Below, in pieces: positions 50,590 through 62,878 of a stretch of DNA of 64,000 bases (within the stretch, counting starts at the first letter, position 1; each line of letters opens with the position of its first letter). The position numbers were made by a program, and so were the translations under genes. Below the pieces are notes generated by a model, which saw nothing but the letters and a program-made list of their open reading frames with translations, ran no database searches and had not been told where the DNA came from. Source of the DNA: Oikopleura dioica (Eukaryota > Animalia > Chordata); the NCBI GenBank assembly GCA_907165135.1, contig OU015569.1:8060001-8124000 (forward strand), given 5' to 3'.

Positions 50590-51557
50590 TCACGCACTTT
50601 TCACTGCGGCTCTGAAGCAAAGCGGATAAAGCCGTTCATTCGAATTGAATAGTTGGAAATCCATTGAATCAGAGGTTGATATCGCCAATGAAACCTCTTT
50701 TGGGCAAAACACAGGATTCAAAATGATATACTAAAATAAGTGATAGGTTGGCGTTACTTTTAACTTACGTTTTGAAGAGAATAAAACACTGCTTTTTTCT
50801 TGATCCTTTCTTTCAAGGTTTTTATGTATAAGTCTATGTTTTTTTATACTTTTAGATTAAACCTCTAACAAAATGTGAAATCATAGACGACTGGAAGTTT
50901 AAGACAATTGGATAAAAATTGTCTGGGATACAAGCATTTTTCAAGGATAGGAGATTATATTTTTCTATTATTCCCCGTTTTTCACTGAGTTTGCAGCTGA
51001 ATAGGGCAGTCTTTTCGATTTTTTACATTTCATTCTTGTTTTTTTGTTTATTTTTTGTAAGAAATCATGCCTGGTTTTCTCGGAGTAAAGTAATGCATCG
51101 TCGTCTGTAGTCGTATACCATATTCGAGGTTGCTCGAACAGAATCATTTTTTACTATTGGTTCGCTATTTTCTACCCATAATGTTCCAAAATGGGACAGC
51201 GCTGCTTCACTTCCATTAAAAAAGACTTCAAGATCCTGGGAGACGTCTCCAGAAGCCAGTGTAGCTTTATGTTTCTTGCAATAGCTTCTGCTTTCTTCTT
51301 TTGTTAGTGGTTTTGTGGCTTTAGGGACTTTTTGATTATCAAAATTTTAAAATTTGAATAAGTTAAAAATCGACTCCTGTGAACCAAATGGTTCCATTCA
51401 TGCTTGTGCATTTACGCAACGGTGTGGAACACTCAGGGAAAATAAAGCTAAGGATTAACAAAGCAATAATTCCAGCAGTCAAAAAGACCATGGTAATCAA
51501 TGAAAAACGAGTACGAGAATTACTCTGATGATTTGTTATATCGTTGGCTGTTGGCAT
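50590..51557 (-). CDS. Type-II membrane protein with a divergent C-type-lectin-like ectodomain
   Basis: MPTANDITNHQSNSRTRFSLITMVFLTAGIIALLILSFIF (N-terminal TM), then EESRSYCKKHKATLAS (CTLD helix-1 pattern), IWYT.. and NERLYPLCF at the end. Confidence 0.45.
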
Positions 51558-52249
51558 ATTCTCTGATCTCTGATTTTGATTTAGCTCGACTTCGCACATT
51601 TCAATCAGTCAGTTCTTATGAACTGAGTTTTAATTCATCCATAACATAAACTCATATCAACAGTTTACCACTATCAGTCTTTGGCCGTACAAATATAAAA
51701 ATCAGATCAAACACTTTTTCTTCCCTTATCAATTCGTTCATAACGGGTAGTTCGATAAGTTAGTTTTGCCACTTGGGCGATCAATAAATTCATAGTTAGT
51801 GTCCCTAGCAAAGGGCGGTAATTTACACACTGGGAAGATTCGTTGGGGAGTCACAGCGTGCGCGCCAAAAATGCGCATATGGGTTTACTCAGTCGAGTTG
51901 ATTCGGGCGGAAGCGAGTTCAATCTTTGATGTGGTCGGAGTCGACGGGGTGGAAAAGGAGCAGAAAAGTGGAGCGGGCCCCTTGGGCAAGGCTTGGCGCA
52001 CGAGTGGCCGCAAAAAACCGCAAAAAACCACAGAGCCAGTCGATACCTCTCTTCCAAAAAGCGCCCTCACTCGAGTTTGGCAGTTTTGGGCACACACGTG
52101 AGAATTTAATTTCTTGAGGTAAGCGTTACAGTCAAGAGAAGCATAAGGAGCGCTTGTCTCTAGGTTGGCGAACGCCCAGCGCGATCCAAAAGTGAGAGAA
52201 AACAGCTTGGAAAACTTCGAGAAACACTTCGAGTGGAAAAAGGGACGAG

Positions 52250-53142
52250 ATGGCGAAGATTTACACGAACCAAAAAACCCAGTTTGAAAATGGCGAAACT
52301 TTCAGAAGGCTTTCGCGAGATTCCGAGGTAAAGTTATTGATTGAGACGATTTTTGAAGAAGACAAAAATTGTGCCATTCTTCGTGAATTTCCGCCTTTAA
52401 ATTTGATATACGCGTTTCGCGTTAGAACTCTCGAGAATTGAGTTTTAATGAGTGATAAGATTCGATACGTGGGATTTATGGACAGGCAGCTGCCGGAAAG
52501 ACAAAAACGACTGCTTGATTCGATAAAAGAAGGTCGCGCCGAGATTTGCTTCATCAATACGGGTAAATAATAGAGTAAATAGAAAGCCGTGAACCTATCA
52601 ACCCAGGCATCCACATTCGACTGCATTTTTTCCCTTACGCTCTTGACAGCGTACATGGAATGATGCCGCCAAAAGAGTACTGCGACTTCGAGAAAGAACC
52701 GGGCAAATTGTGGTTTCGTTCTCCCATGATCATGAACGGTGTATGTTGCTCTGCTGTCGGATATCTCAACTTGACGAAACTTGACGGGACAGCAAGGCTT
52801 GAGTTCGATCCTGACTACGCAAGGGTATGGAAATGAAAAACCTACTCAGAATTAATTCTTTCAAAGTATGAGGAAGTGCGTTGCAACGGGCGAACTGCGC
52901 CAGACCCAGAGGAACCAAACAACAATCGGAGCTCATCGACTTCTACGTCGAAGACAGAACCTACTTCCACCTCCCAAAACGAAGCCAGTAATACGGGCGT
53001 AAATACAGCCGCGCCTGCGCAATACGCTGGTCAAAATGGGCAGGTTCCAATTGTGTCTGTCCAACAGAGCCAGAATCCGCCGCCGCCAGCAGAGCTGCCA
53101 TCTGTTCAATTCGCCGATACTCACTCTCCTGCCACTTACTGA
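52250..53142 (+). CDS. CBFB: Core-binding factor beta subunit (Runx partner; Brother/Big brother)
   Basis: Spliced MAKIYTNQKTQFENGETFRRLSRDSE|IRYVGFMDRQLPERQKRLLDSIKEGRAEICFINTG|IHIRLHFFP..KEYCDFEKEPGKLWFRSPMIMNGVC..LTKLDGTARLEFD is collinear with vertebrate CBFB (FENEEFFRKLSRECEIKYTGF...APMILNGVC..RLDGMGCLEFD). Confidence 0.93.
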
Positions 53143-53621
53143 AACACTAAAGACTGCTCGAAGCACACAAAACTTTCATGTATACAAATAAACGCGAATG
53201 TTGCGATATATTGAAAGTGGACTCCGCATAGCATATTTCATTTAGTCTTTTTTGATTCCAAAGGAAATATTCATGTATACTTGGTCACATGTATATTTAC
53301 GGTACAATAATGACATTTTTTATTTTAGAGATTTTATTAACAACAAGTAGCTTTGAGCGACAGAAAAAAAGGAAGAAAACCGTTAAAAATTGCCTTAGAA
53401 TGACTTTTTCGGCGCCCCCAATAGACTACCTACAGGCCGTAGATAGTCTGTTGGATGAATTTGTCATGTAGTAAAGCAAATACCTAAAGGTTTTGACTGA
53501 ACTGTACAGCAGAAATTTTCATATACTTATGAAAATGAATTTCATTATTTACACATTAAAATCAGCGTTTTTGGGACTATTTCAAATCCATATTATTCAC
53601 CAAGGGGCGTATTCGTGGTAA

Positions 53622-54394
53622 CTAACATTCGTTTTTAACCACGCCATCGCAGCACGATTTGCGATTCGCATTAAACAATGACTAAATAAATTCTGAAGAC
53701 TGTTCTCAACAATTAATGTAATACCATTGGACCGTCTGGAAGGCCGCAGCACTGAGGATCGTAGGCTCCATTTCCAGCAGAAGAGCAGCTGTCGTCGGGG
53801 TTGAAGCCAGTCGTCGTCCAGAAAAGATGATAGTCTGCGTCGAAAACCTCTTTCTACAAAATGGTTTTAGAAACAAGAGTCGAAAATCGGAACATCAATT
53901 TAGCAGCGCCAAGAGCAGAACAAACCTGTCCGACATGATTCTTTGCGAATTGGAGATCGCACTCGCACAAAGCTCGGTCGCATGTATTGGGATCGTCTTT
54001 GCAGAATTTATCGCCGTTTTTCTGTCCGTAGTTGTAGGCTACGAACTCGCCGATGCACATTTCTCCGAATTGTTGCCTGGCGCATTTGACACAATCTGTT
54101 CACAAAGTTTGTTGAGATTTTTACGTCTAAAACCGTTTTACCTTTGTATTGCTTGCACACAGAGTCCAAGGCATCAACAGGTGGTCCGTGTCCGGGATCA
54201 GACATCGGTCGATCGCCGAGGATCAAGCAGTTGCAGCCATACGCCCAGTACTTTCGCTCGTCGAAGTCCGGATTGTAGAATCCCATCATGTCGGTCAACT
54301 GAGAATATCTCTTTTCGCCGATCTCGATATCACGGGGATGTCGAGAAGAAATTTCAGACGAGGCGGCGACACTGGCAATTACACTGATCTTCAT
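53622..54394 (-). CDS. Secreted phospholipase A2-fold protein, predicted catalytically inactive
   Basis: Signal-like MKISVIASVAA; WAYGCNCLILGDRPMSDPGHGPPVDALDSVCKQYKDCVKC; CDRALCECDLQFA; Cys-rich tail CCGLPDGPMSLFNANRKSCCDGVVKNEC*. Confidence 0.85.
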
Positions 54395-55075
54395 TTCGAT
54401 GCGCTAGAAAGAATTGAAAATGTAATTTAGGCAGGAAAGGTGATTCTGAGTTACTGAGTAGTTCTTACTGTAAATTTAATATATCTCTGAATCTCTTTTT
54501 ACCTGCGATATAACTGCTTTTTCTTTTGGCGAGCAAGAAAAGAGTGAATGCTGCTCTCTTGTCCGCCATTCCTTTTACATTGCTCGATCGTAGCTTCCGC
54601 GATGGGGCGCTGTTGCTCCCGGAATGAGCATCTCGAGCGGCGCTTGGTGCTCCTTATCGGTTTCACTTTCGGTGCACCGGAACTGCTCGTCTAATTTTTT
54701 CAGGCGAATGAATTCATTTTAATTACTGGAAATAAGCCGAACGTGGAAAGAGTCACGCCGCCCAAGTCAGACGAAATCTTGGTTAGAATAAAAATAAAGA
54801 TGATAAAAAACGTGACCCGTTTGTCGGTGCATAAATAGATAGCTCAAGATCTTTTCAATCTTCCACGAAAATCTGGAGCCCATAAACAAGGGTCACTCCA
54901 AAAAATGATAAAAATCCAGTCGAGACTAAATAATAGAAGGTTCTTCACGCGAACAGGCGTTATTTTCATGTTGCTGTGGAGTTCATAGTGTGGACTTTTA
55001 GTTTACCCGTTTTGGAGCGATTTAAATTCTAAATAGTCTGTTTTTTACATGATAGATAGGGTTCTACTGGAAGTA

Positions 55076-56640
55076 TCAAAATTTCAAAACAGTTCTGGTC
55101 AGCTCGAGAGATAAGGAAGGGACTGTTGAATCGGGAATAGTGAAAGAAGAGCGATAAGCCGCTACGGAAAGTTCGTTGATGTCACTTGTCAAAAAAGATC
55201 GAAATAATGGAAACGTGAAAACAACTCGCAACGGTGAATGCTCGATATTAAAAGAGTTATTTATTCGCAATTTTTGAGTTCCGAGTACAGAGCAGCCCGC
55301 CTACTGACATTTTTTGAGATTGCGTTTTTCATTTAGACAGGATGAAATAAGCGCGAAATCCCAGGAGGCGGAAGAATTCGGGTACCGAATCAAACGATCG
55401 AGAACGTGCGACATATTTGTAATTTGCTCTACGACGAACATAAATAATTACCTTGCTGGGGAGGATGATTACATTCATGCGCAGAAGCTTATTGAATGAA
55501 CTATGCCTTGCCTCATCTCAATGAGTCCTGTTGGGAATGTTCTGGGAGCAGAATAATAATGGATACGGCAGCGTAACAAGCTCGTCTAAATTACGCAACC
55601 ATATTCTCAAATTCTTCTCGCGTCACTTCTATTCTGACTCTGAAGACAACGTAGTTCGTGAAATTAATAACGAAACACGTCTACTAAATTCTGTCGTACT
55701 TATCGTAACGAATTTCGAATGGAAAGTTGCATCATTGACAGATTAGAATAACTTGCTTCTTTTCTATATCACCTGATATCAAATCATTTGTTAGAAGTAT
55801 ATTTTTCGGGTGTTATCGGATCGCGTTGGTTTTCCTCGATTGTTTCACCAGCAGGTTCTTGTGGTCAATCCAATCATGATACCAAAGCGACACTTGGCTC
55901 ACACGTTCTATCTTGAACTTAATGCAATGAGGAGCAAATACAGCATCGTGAATAGCAGTTCTTGAGAATCTAAACAGCTCATTGTTTCTGAGTGGCGATA
56001 GGAAGCGTATTGTTTATTCAATCAAAAGTACGCCTTCCGATTTTGAGGTACATTGAGAAAATATTCGTTTAAATAAAACCTCGGCTTCTTTCTAATCTGC
56101 TTATGGAATCGCTGATGCACATTTTAAATTTCTTTTTGTTCAATCTGTCATGACCGAAAGAGGCTTTTGCTTTTACTTACGGATCATAAGTAGATTGCAC
56201 TGCCACAATAAACAAACGACGAGTATTAGCGGTGCCTGAGCCACGTTTTTGGCCTCTGAACGTGAACTCTGAAAACAGCTTAACCCTGACTAACTCTTGC
56301 TGCTCTACTAACATCTTGTTGAAGAATTCCCATTAAAAGGGCTGAAAGGGCAGTAGCGGATGTTTGGCTAGGATGACTTGCATAGCGAGCAGCTGCTGAA
56401 ATGTTCAACACGTTCGATTTCGAGGCTGAAAACTGAGTTTAGATTCCGCTATTCGAGCACTGCATTTTTCATAATCAAAGAAAAACATTTGTGCCGTAAA
56501 ACAATGTACTTCAAAGCTATTTCTACAGGTAAACTTCGCGAAAAGAGAAGGCAATGTTCATCGGTATTTACTACCGCTATTTCTCGCTTGCTTTCTCATT
56601 CGCTTTTTTTAATGATCGAATAACGACGGTTCTAAAACAA
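55076..56640 (-). CDS. Possible uncharacterised multi-exon gene
   Basis: Protein-like segments: ESKREIAVVNTDEHCLLFSRSLPVEIALKYIVLRH; EQITNMSHVLDRLIRYPNSSASWDFALISSCLNEK; RINNSFNIEHSPLRVVFTFPLFRSFL. Splicing unresolved. Confidence 0.3.
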
Positions 56641-57129
56641 TTTTTTAGATATTATTTCATTTTTATCTCAAAAAGCTGAAAACGTACAATTTATTTGTTC
56701 GTGACGTGGAAAAAAAAGGAAATTATGGCGGTTGAATTTAGGTTGTCTGAATTCGATAATTTGCGTGACTATTGGTGCATTATATTTGGGGTCCATTAGA
56801 CCTTTCTTTAATATGAGTAGCATGTATTCAGACCTTCCAATTTATGCGTGAAATCGAGGAAACGAAAAACGTGTCGCGACGATCGGCGTAACATGTCCCT
56901 GATTCTCTTTCTTCGCTTGGAAATGCTCTCCACAACTCGCTTGTCCGCTGACAATCGCAAATTATATATTTTCATTGGCGAATATCCTCCTTAATGCCAC
57001 TCCTCCGCAAACTTAGTTTTCGCCGCTAAATATTTATTGATATGTTTTAAAGTCTCAAAACCGAATTCTCAATTATTATGCTCGCGTTCAAAGTTGTTTT
57101 AACCAAGGATATTGAACCCGCAATCATTT

Positions 57130-60100
57130 AAGATTTCTCCTCGCTTCCAGACAATTTTGTATTTGTGGACCGTCGAGCACGTTCGTTTCAGCTTAAATCT
57201 GAAAATAACCACTCTTCCGAGCAAAACTGCGAAACAAGTTTTTTCCTGTGGAACAGCTATCTGGCTTAGTAAGTGACTATTTTTTTGCCATTCAAAGATA
57301 TACTTTGTCAACAAAGATTGGTGCAGGGAGTGTTTGTTTTATGAAAAGAATAATTTCAGCAGGTAGATGAATACTTTGATACACAGAGGTGAATAGTATG
57401 AACGCATTGTTTCCAATTGACAATGTTCGTCATGTCGTGAAATTTTCTAAATATTTAACTAAGCGGAGAGAAACTGCGGGATAATCATCCATCAAAAAGC
57501 AGATGAGGAGTTCTTTTTGAATTATGTTTTTGGCAGAGGTACTAGAAGACAGCTACAAATGTGACGGGCACGATAATTTACCTTTTACCGGTAAGTTTTT
57601 CATAATTAGAGGCATTGCTTGCGCAGCTAGGACTTCAAGGTTAATCATACATTGCTCAAGCCACAATGATTATAGTAGTAACTTGCGCGTTCTATAGTGA
57701 CACGTAACGGGGGACAACTCTTTCAATGCCAAAACGCGGCCCATTTTCTCGAAGACGAAGGCTTGGAAGCTTACCTCCAGAATTACGGTGAAGGCAGCGG
57801 ATCAGTACTGTTTGGACAGATGAAAAGTTTTTCAGTATTAATAGGCAATGTGTAGGTGTAACGGTAGAAAAATGAGCTCATCGTTATCTCTTCGTAAGGC
57901 TCGAGTTTTTCCATTATTATGAATTGCCAGGTTCTGGCGATCATTTTGGTGGTAAGATCGTCCGAATCGGCCAAGGGAAACAGTTTTTAGGACGAGGCTA
58001 ATGTCCCAAATTCCGCACTAGAATTGTTCTAGTGCTCGGAAGAGTGCGTTTACTCGATCTTATCAGCCCATCGTCATTCTCAGATTGTAGCGCAGGCTTT
58101 TTTCTACTTGTATCAATTCACAGAAGTTGTTTGTGGCCGTTCTAGCGACCACCAGAGCACCAAAATGAGTCAAAAATAGGCGAAATTGACGCTTGATTTG
58201 TTTGAGTACACCTTGAGAAACTCATTTTTTGACTATCTTTTGATGCTTCTTTAGCCTCTGGTGATCGTTAGACCGGCCACAAACAACTTCTGTGAATTGA
58301 TACTAGTAGAAAAAAGCCTGCGCTACAATCTGAGAATGACGATGGGCTGATAAGATCGAGTAAACGCACTCTTCCGAGCACTAGAACAATTCTAGTGCGG
58401 AATTTGGGACATTAGCCTCGTCCTAAAAACTGTTTCCCTTGGCCGATTCGGACGATCTTACCACCAAAATGATCGCCAGAACCTGGCAATTCATAATAAT
58501 GGAAAAACTCGAGCCTTACGAAAAGATAACGATGGGCTCATTTTTCTACCGTTACACCTAGCAATGTGAGCAATATAAAATGAATCCGTGGAAAGAGTGT
58601 CGTCTCCAGCGTCATTATCAGAAAGTGGCACGTCCCATATTATCTGGAATGGGCCGCAGAAACACGAGGTCGATTAAGTTTTCGATTCCTGTCCTTGACG
58701 GCTCATTAGGAAACGCTATTCAACTTATTGTCCGGCATAGTGAGTCGAGCGAGTATCAATGCTCGAAAAAGTGGAATGTCAGGGAGGTGCTCTTCTGTAA
58801 CTTAAAAACAGGTGACAGTCGAAAACGCCACTGGGCCATGTATGGAGCACTTCTAAAGAGACTTTCCGGAATTCCAAACGCTCGACAGCAATGCGACAGT
58901 TTTTGGAGAGAGCTCATTTGCAACGATTTTCGAACTTGCAGCTGACAAGGAAAATACTCCTCTCGTAAGAATGCAGAACGCTGCCGCAGAGGCGAATTTC
59001 GTTTTCAGGAATACACTGTCGATTCATTCCTAGTCAACTGGATGAAGCATATGGTGATCACATTTGTGGAGGCAGATAGAAACAACGCCTGTCCAACTGT
59101 AAAATCTCGAGATGAGCCTACTCCTCTATTTCTTGCCGGCAAAGGAGGCCGATACTTCATGCCGAGCGATTCGACCAAGGTGATCAAGTCCAAGTTTGCG
59201 AAAAGCGAAATGGATCCAAGCTCGCCTGAGATTCACGCCTCATTTACCAAAGGTAAGTTTATCAACCAAACAAATTCATCAAAAGAAATTTTAAAGGGAA
59301 AGAAACTCTTAATTTCAAGGATGTTTTCAACTGCTCTAGCTTATGCCTAACAATACACGTAGGCAATACGTTCAGACAATTAGGAAATGTGCTTATTTAC
59401 TTGCTAATACTTGCTATAATTTTGCGCTAGAACGATTGAAGAATCTATGTTTGTAATAAATTTTCTAAATGTCTGGGTCACAAATTCCAAGCACATTGAA
59501 GGAAACCTTGGTCGGTCGAGCAGCTGCGAGATTGGGCAAATTATTCCTCCGGAAACTCCGATAAAGGACTCAGCTGAAGCGTCAACGTGGTCCACAGTGC
59601 TAACCTTCACATTCCTCGCTATATTATCGTTCATTCTTGGCCTACTCGGTAATATATTCAAATCTTGCGCAGCGCTGAGAAAATATCGTTTTTAATTTTT
59701 TCTCAAGTCGTGCGTCTTCGGAAGAAGTTGCGACGCGAGAGGACCACCGTTACTGACAAAATTGCCAAGCTCGTCGAACGTGACAAAAAGTCCTTCGAGA
59801 AGCGTTTCGAGGAAATTGGCCTGTTAGAAGATAGTCAGAAAATGTGGGGCATGCTTATTCCAATCAAGCTCATAAAGATGTCGGATAAGAAGCTGGGAGA
59901 CGGTTTCTTCGGATCCGTCCATTTGGCCGAGCTCGTGCACAACCAAAAGACTGTCTGCGTGAAGCAACTAAGGTTTTCTTTACCAGCCATCACGTTGTTC
60001 GAATAAGGAACTATTAGGCTACAGGATAGCATGTCCGACGATGTCGTCGCTCAATTGTCCAATTCGATCATCGAGGAAATCCTGCGAATGAAGAATCTTG

Positions 60101-61381
60101 AACACGAAAACGTCATCCGTCTAGAAGGGTTCACACTGAAGGATGAAGGCAAACTAAAAATTCCGATGATGATATTGCCCTTTATGGAATCTGGGGACCT
60201 TCAAAAATATTTAGCAAATGAAAACAACACTATTAACTTTGAGCTCGTTATTAGGTAAGCCGTTTTTTGTAAGCATGTTAAAAAAAGAGTGAAGGTTTGC
60301 GCTAGAAGCTGCGCAAGGAATGGACTACTTATCAAGAAATAGCATCATTCACAGGGATCTGGCTGCCCGAAACTGCCTTCTCGACAACTGCCTAAAACTT
60401 AAAATTGCCGATTTCGGACTATCCAAGCACATCGACAATGCGTATGAAAACTCAGAAAGTTACGTTGTCACGACTCAACATCATTTGCCGTTCCGATGGA
60501 TGGCCCCGGAGAGTTTGAAAACCCGCACTTTTAACATCAAGAGCGATATTTGGAGCTACGGGATTTTATTGTGGGAAATAACGACTCGGGGAAGACATCC
60601 TTACGGGACAATTGAAAGCAGCGAACGACTGATATCTTACTTAGAAAACGGTAATCGCCTCCCGAAACCTGTCAATTGTTCCCCTGATTTATACGTGAAA
60701 GTTATGGAATGCTGGGACGAGCTACCGAATGATAGGCCTACTTTTTTCTCGCTCTCTGTGTACATGAGGTAAGATATGTTCCTTACTCAGTACTGGCAAA
60801 ACGAATATTGTGGGAATTTCTCAAAACGGTATTAAGGAACTATTTGACGAAAATTCAACAAGACTCGACGATGCGAGAGTTGCAGCTACTTTTAGACGAT
60901 GGCTTCGACGAGAATTGGTTGCATTGTTACGCACACCTTAATACACCCCAGGTAGCTCCCATTAATACAAAATACATGTCACAAAGGCTATGCTGGGTTC
61001 TCCTCACACAATCATTTAATACCTTCCGAAGGATAATAAACATATCGTATTTTCTTTAGAAAAGAGGGCTGAATAAGTATTAAACAAAAAAAACGATCTT
61101 GTTTCTGCAATGAGTTCTAAAATGAAAAAAAACGTTTTCAGAGAGATTCACCCGAGTTAAATCCGAAGATGACCCATAATTTGAACTATGATATTGATCC
61201 TGGTCTAACCGCGATGGACCTTGCGAAGGCCTCACAGGAACTGGTTTAGTAAAGATTTTTCAAAAAATTAACAAGAAGCAATTTTGCTAAACGATTCAAG
61301 CTGGATCGATCAGACGAGTTCCTCAACGAATCTTGCGGAGAAGTCATTTCGACTTCGGCGTACATCAACTTTGAGGAATAG
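57130..61381 (+). CDS. Receptor tyrosine kinase, MET/RON/TAM-like kinase domain with an unrecognised ectodomain
   Basis: TM WSTVLTFTFLAILSFILGLLG. Kinase motifs LGDGFFGSV, VCVKQL, LPFMESGDL, IHRDLAARNC, KIADFGLS, LPFRWMAPESL, SDIWSYGILLWEITTRG..PY. C-terminal YINF motif. 5' end uncertain (~56900-57130). Confidence 0.88.
57853..58560. mobile_element. hAT-like foldback MITE, ~305-bp TIRs and 8-bp TSD, inside the RTK gene
   Basis: Arms 57853-58157 and 58256-58560 are reverse complements with few mismatches. Termini TAGGTGTAACGG...CCGTTACACCTA. GCAATGTG at 57845-57852 and 58561-58568. Confidence 0.92.
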
Positions 61382-61529
61382 GTCGAAAATCAAACATTCC
61401 TGAATATGAAGAGACAAGAGCACCCTTGAAAATTTCAATTCTCAATAAACTTGTTCGACAATGTTGAACTTATCTCAAGAATATATCTCTTGTGGCGTGA
61501 AATTTTTCGATTTGGGGTGTTGTTGACCT

Positions 61530-62832
61530 ATTCTGGCAGCTTGAGCAACTGTTCAATTATCTCCATGCGACGTGTTAAAATATGCTTTCTAAATGCTCAA
61601 CGAAAGGACATTTCTGTGGCTTCGAGTCAGGAAAAAAGCTTGCCGTGCCGTGGAAGTCTTACCGGATTTTTAAGGCAGCTACTACAAGTTCTATTATGAA
61701 AATGGGCGTATGTGGTATTGTCTCAAGTAAGCCACATGGAAGTCCAAGGAGTAATTAATTCTTGAGCTGAAACGACTGAAAAATAAAATATAGCTTTTTA
61801 ATATAAAACAAATTCATTAAGAAAATGAATTGTACAAGGGGCGCTGATTATGACTGGGCAGATCATTTCGCGTAAAGCGAGTACACTTTGTCGTTCCACA
61901 AATTCCAACATCAATTCTTCTGGGCAATGGCAGGATAGCAGAGCATTCACGCTACGAGCCAAACATTCAAGGCTTCCGGGGACTAATTCGCAAGGGCCCG
62001 CCATTTCAAATCAATTTTCATAAAAACTCGAAAATTGAACTAGTCTTTGAACGATCGTTAATCGACGCCAAAATAGATTTGTTTAACAGAAAGCGGAACA
62101 TGTTACAAATCAGCTACAGAAAAAACATTTCCAATCTAGATGGGGCATTCTTGAAGCTCTTATCTCAATTAGAAATTCTCAAGCGAAATGAAAGGTATCT
62201 TCGTTTCCACGAGTGGGCCCCTCTGGACAACAAAAAATTTCCAGAAGTTGCAGCTTTATCGTTTTATCTTGCACGCAAGCGAGTTGCTAAAATAGGCGAT
62301 TACCGCAGCTTGGATTGAGTGATCAACCTCGATTGCGTGTTTACTTTTTAGAAAGGCTTCCATCAGAAAATAATCGTCAGATTGCACCTTATGCAATTCG
62401 ACAAAAAAAAACTGCAAGACAACGAAAATTTGTATGTTCCATGAGCTATTTTTTCGGAAACGGACGCAGATCTAGCTAAGCTCTTCATGAGTTTACCTTC
62501 GTCCCCAAAATTAACGGTTGCCTCCTCGTTAAGATCTTACGTCTCGACAACGGCTCTTTTTGCTCATGTTCCTAAAAATCTCTTTTCTTTAGCTGAAATC
62601 AAGCATAAAATATATAAAAATATTATGCTTTTGAAATCATTTCAAAAACCCATATTTGGACAGAACGCGCATCATATCTGTGCGTCCATTCATGCAAAAT
62701 CTCTGGAAGTTTGCTTTAAAAACTTTAAGTTAGGGTTTGTATTGCCAATTGATTTCAAAAAAGAAAGAAAGAAAAGTAACCGACAGTAAGTTTATTTCTT
62801 ACTTAATTGACAGCAAGAAAAATGTGCAAATA
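61530..62832 (-). CDS. Uncharacterised helical (ARM/HEAT-like?) protein downstream of the second PLA2-like gene
   Basis: MSVHICTFFLLSIK|gtaag; LPEILHEWTHRYDARSVQIWVFEMISK; LECLARSVNALLSCHCPEELMLEFVERQSVLALREMICPVII; KHILTRRMEIIEQLLKLPE*. The opposite strand also has an open frame here, so the strand call is tentative. Confidence 0.4.
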
Positions 62833-62878
62833 TGTACAGACATCAAAATAAAAATGGCTCGAAAAGTAAAACGTTTTT

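Noticed and set aside
52480-52503. Walker-A-like peptide GQAAAGKT
   Set aside because: It lies in an alternative frame of the CBF-beta exon and hits a stop four codons later. The CBFB frame explains the sequence.
57783-57974. 63-aa minus-strand ORF MADSDDLTTKMIARTW...
   Set aside because: Mostly within the foldback arm and antisense to an RTK exon, with no transposase motifs.
61850-62318. Long plus-strand open frame (…RSFRVKRVHF…DYRSLD*)
   Set aside because: It overlaps a better-punctuated minus-strand multi-exon model and lacks a clear start or splice context. Left unresolved rather than called.
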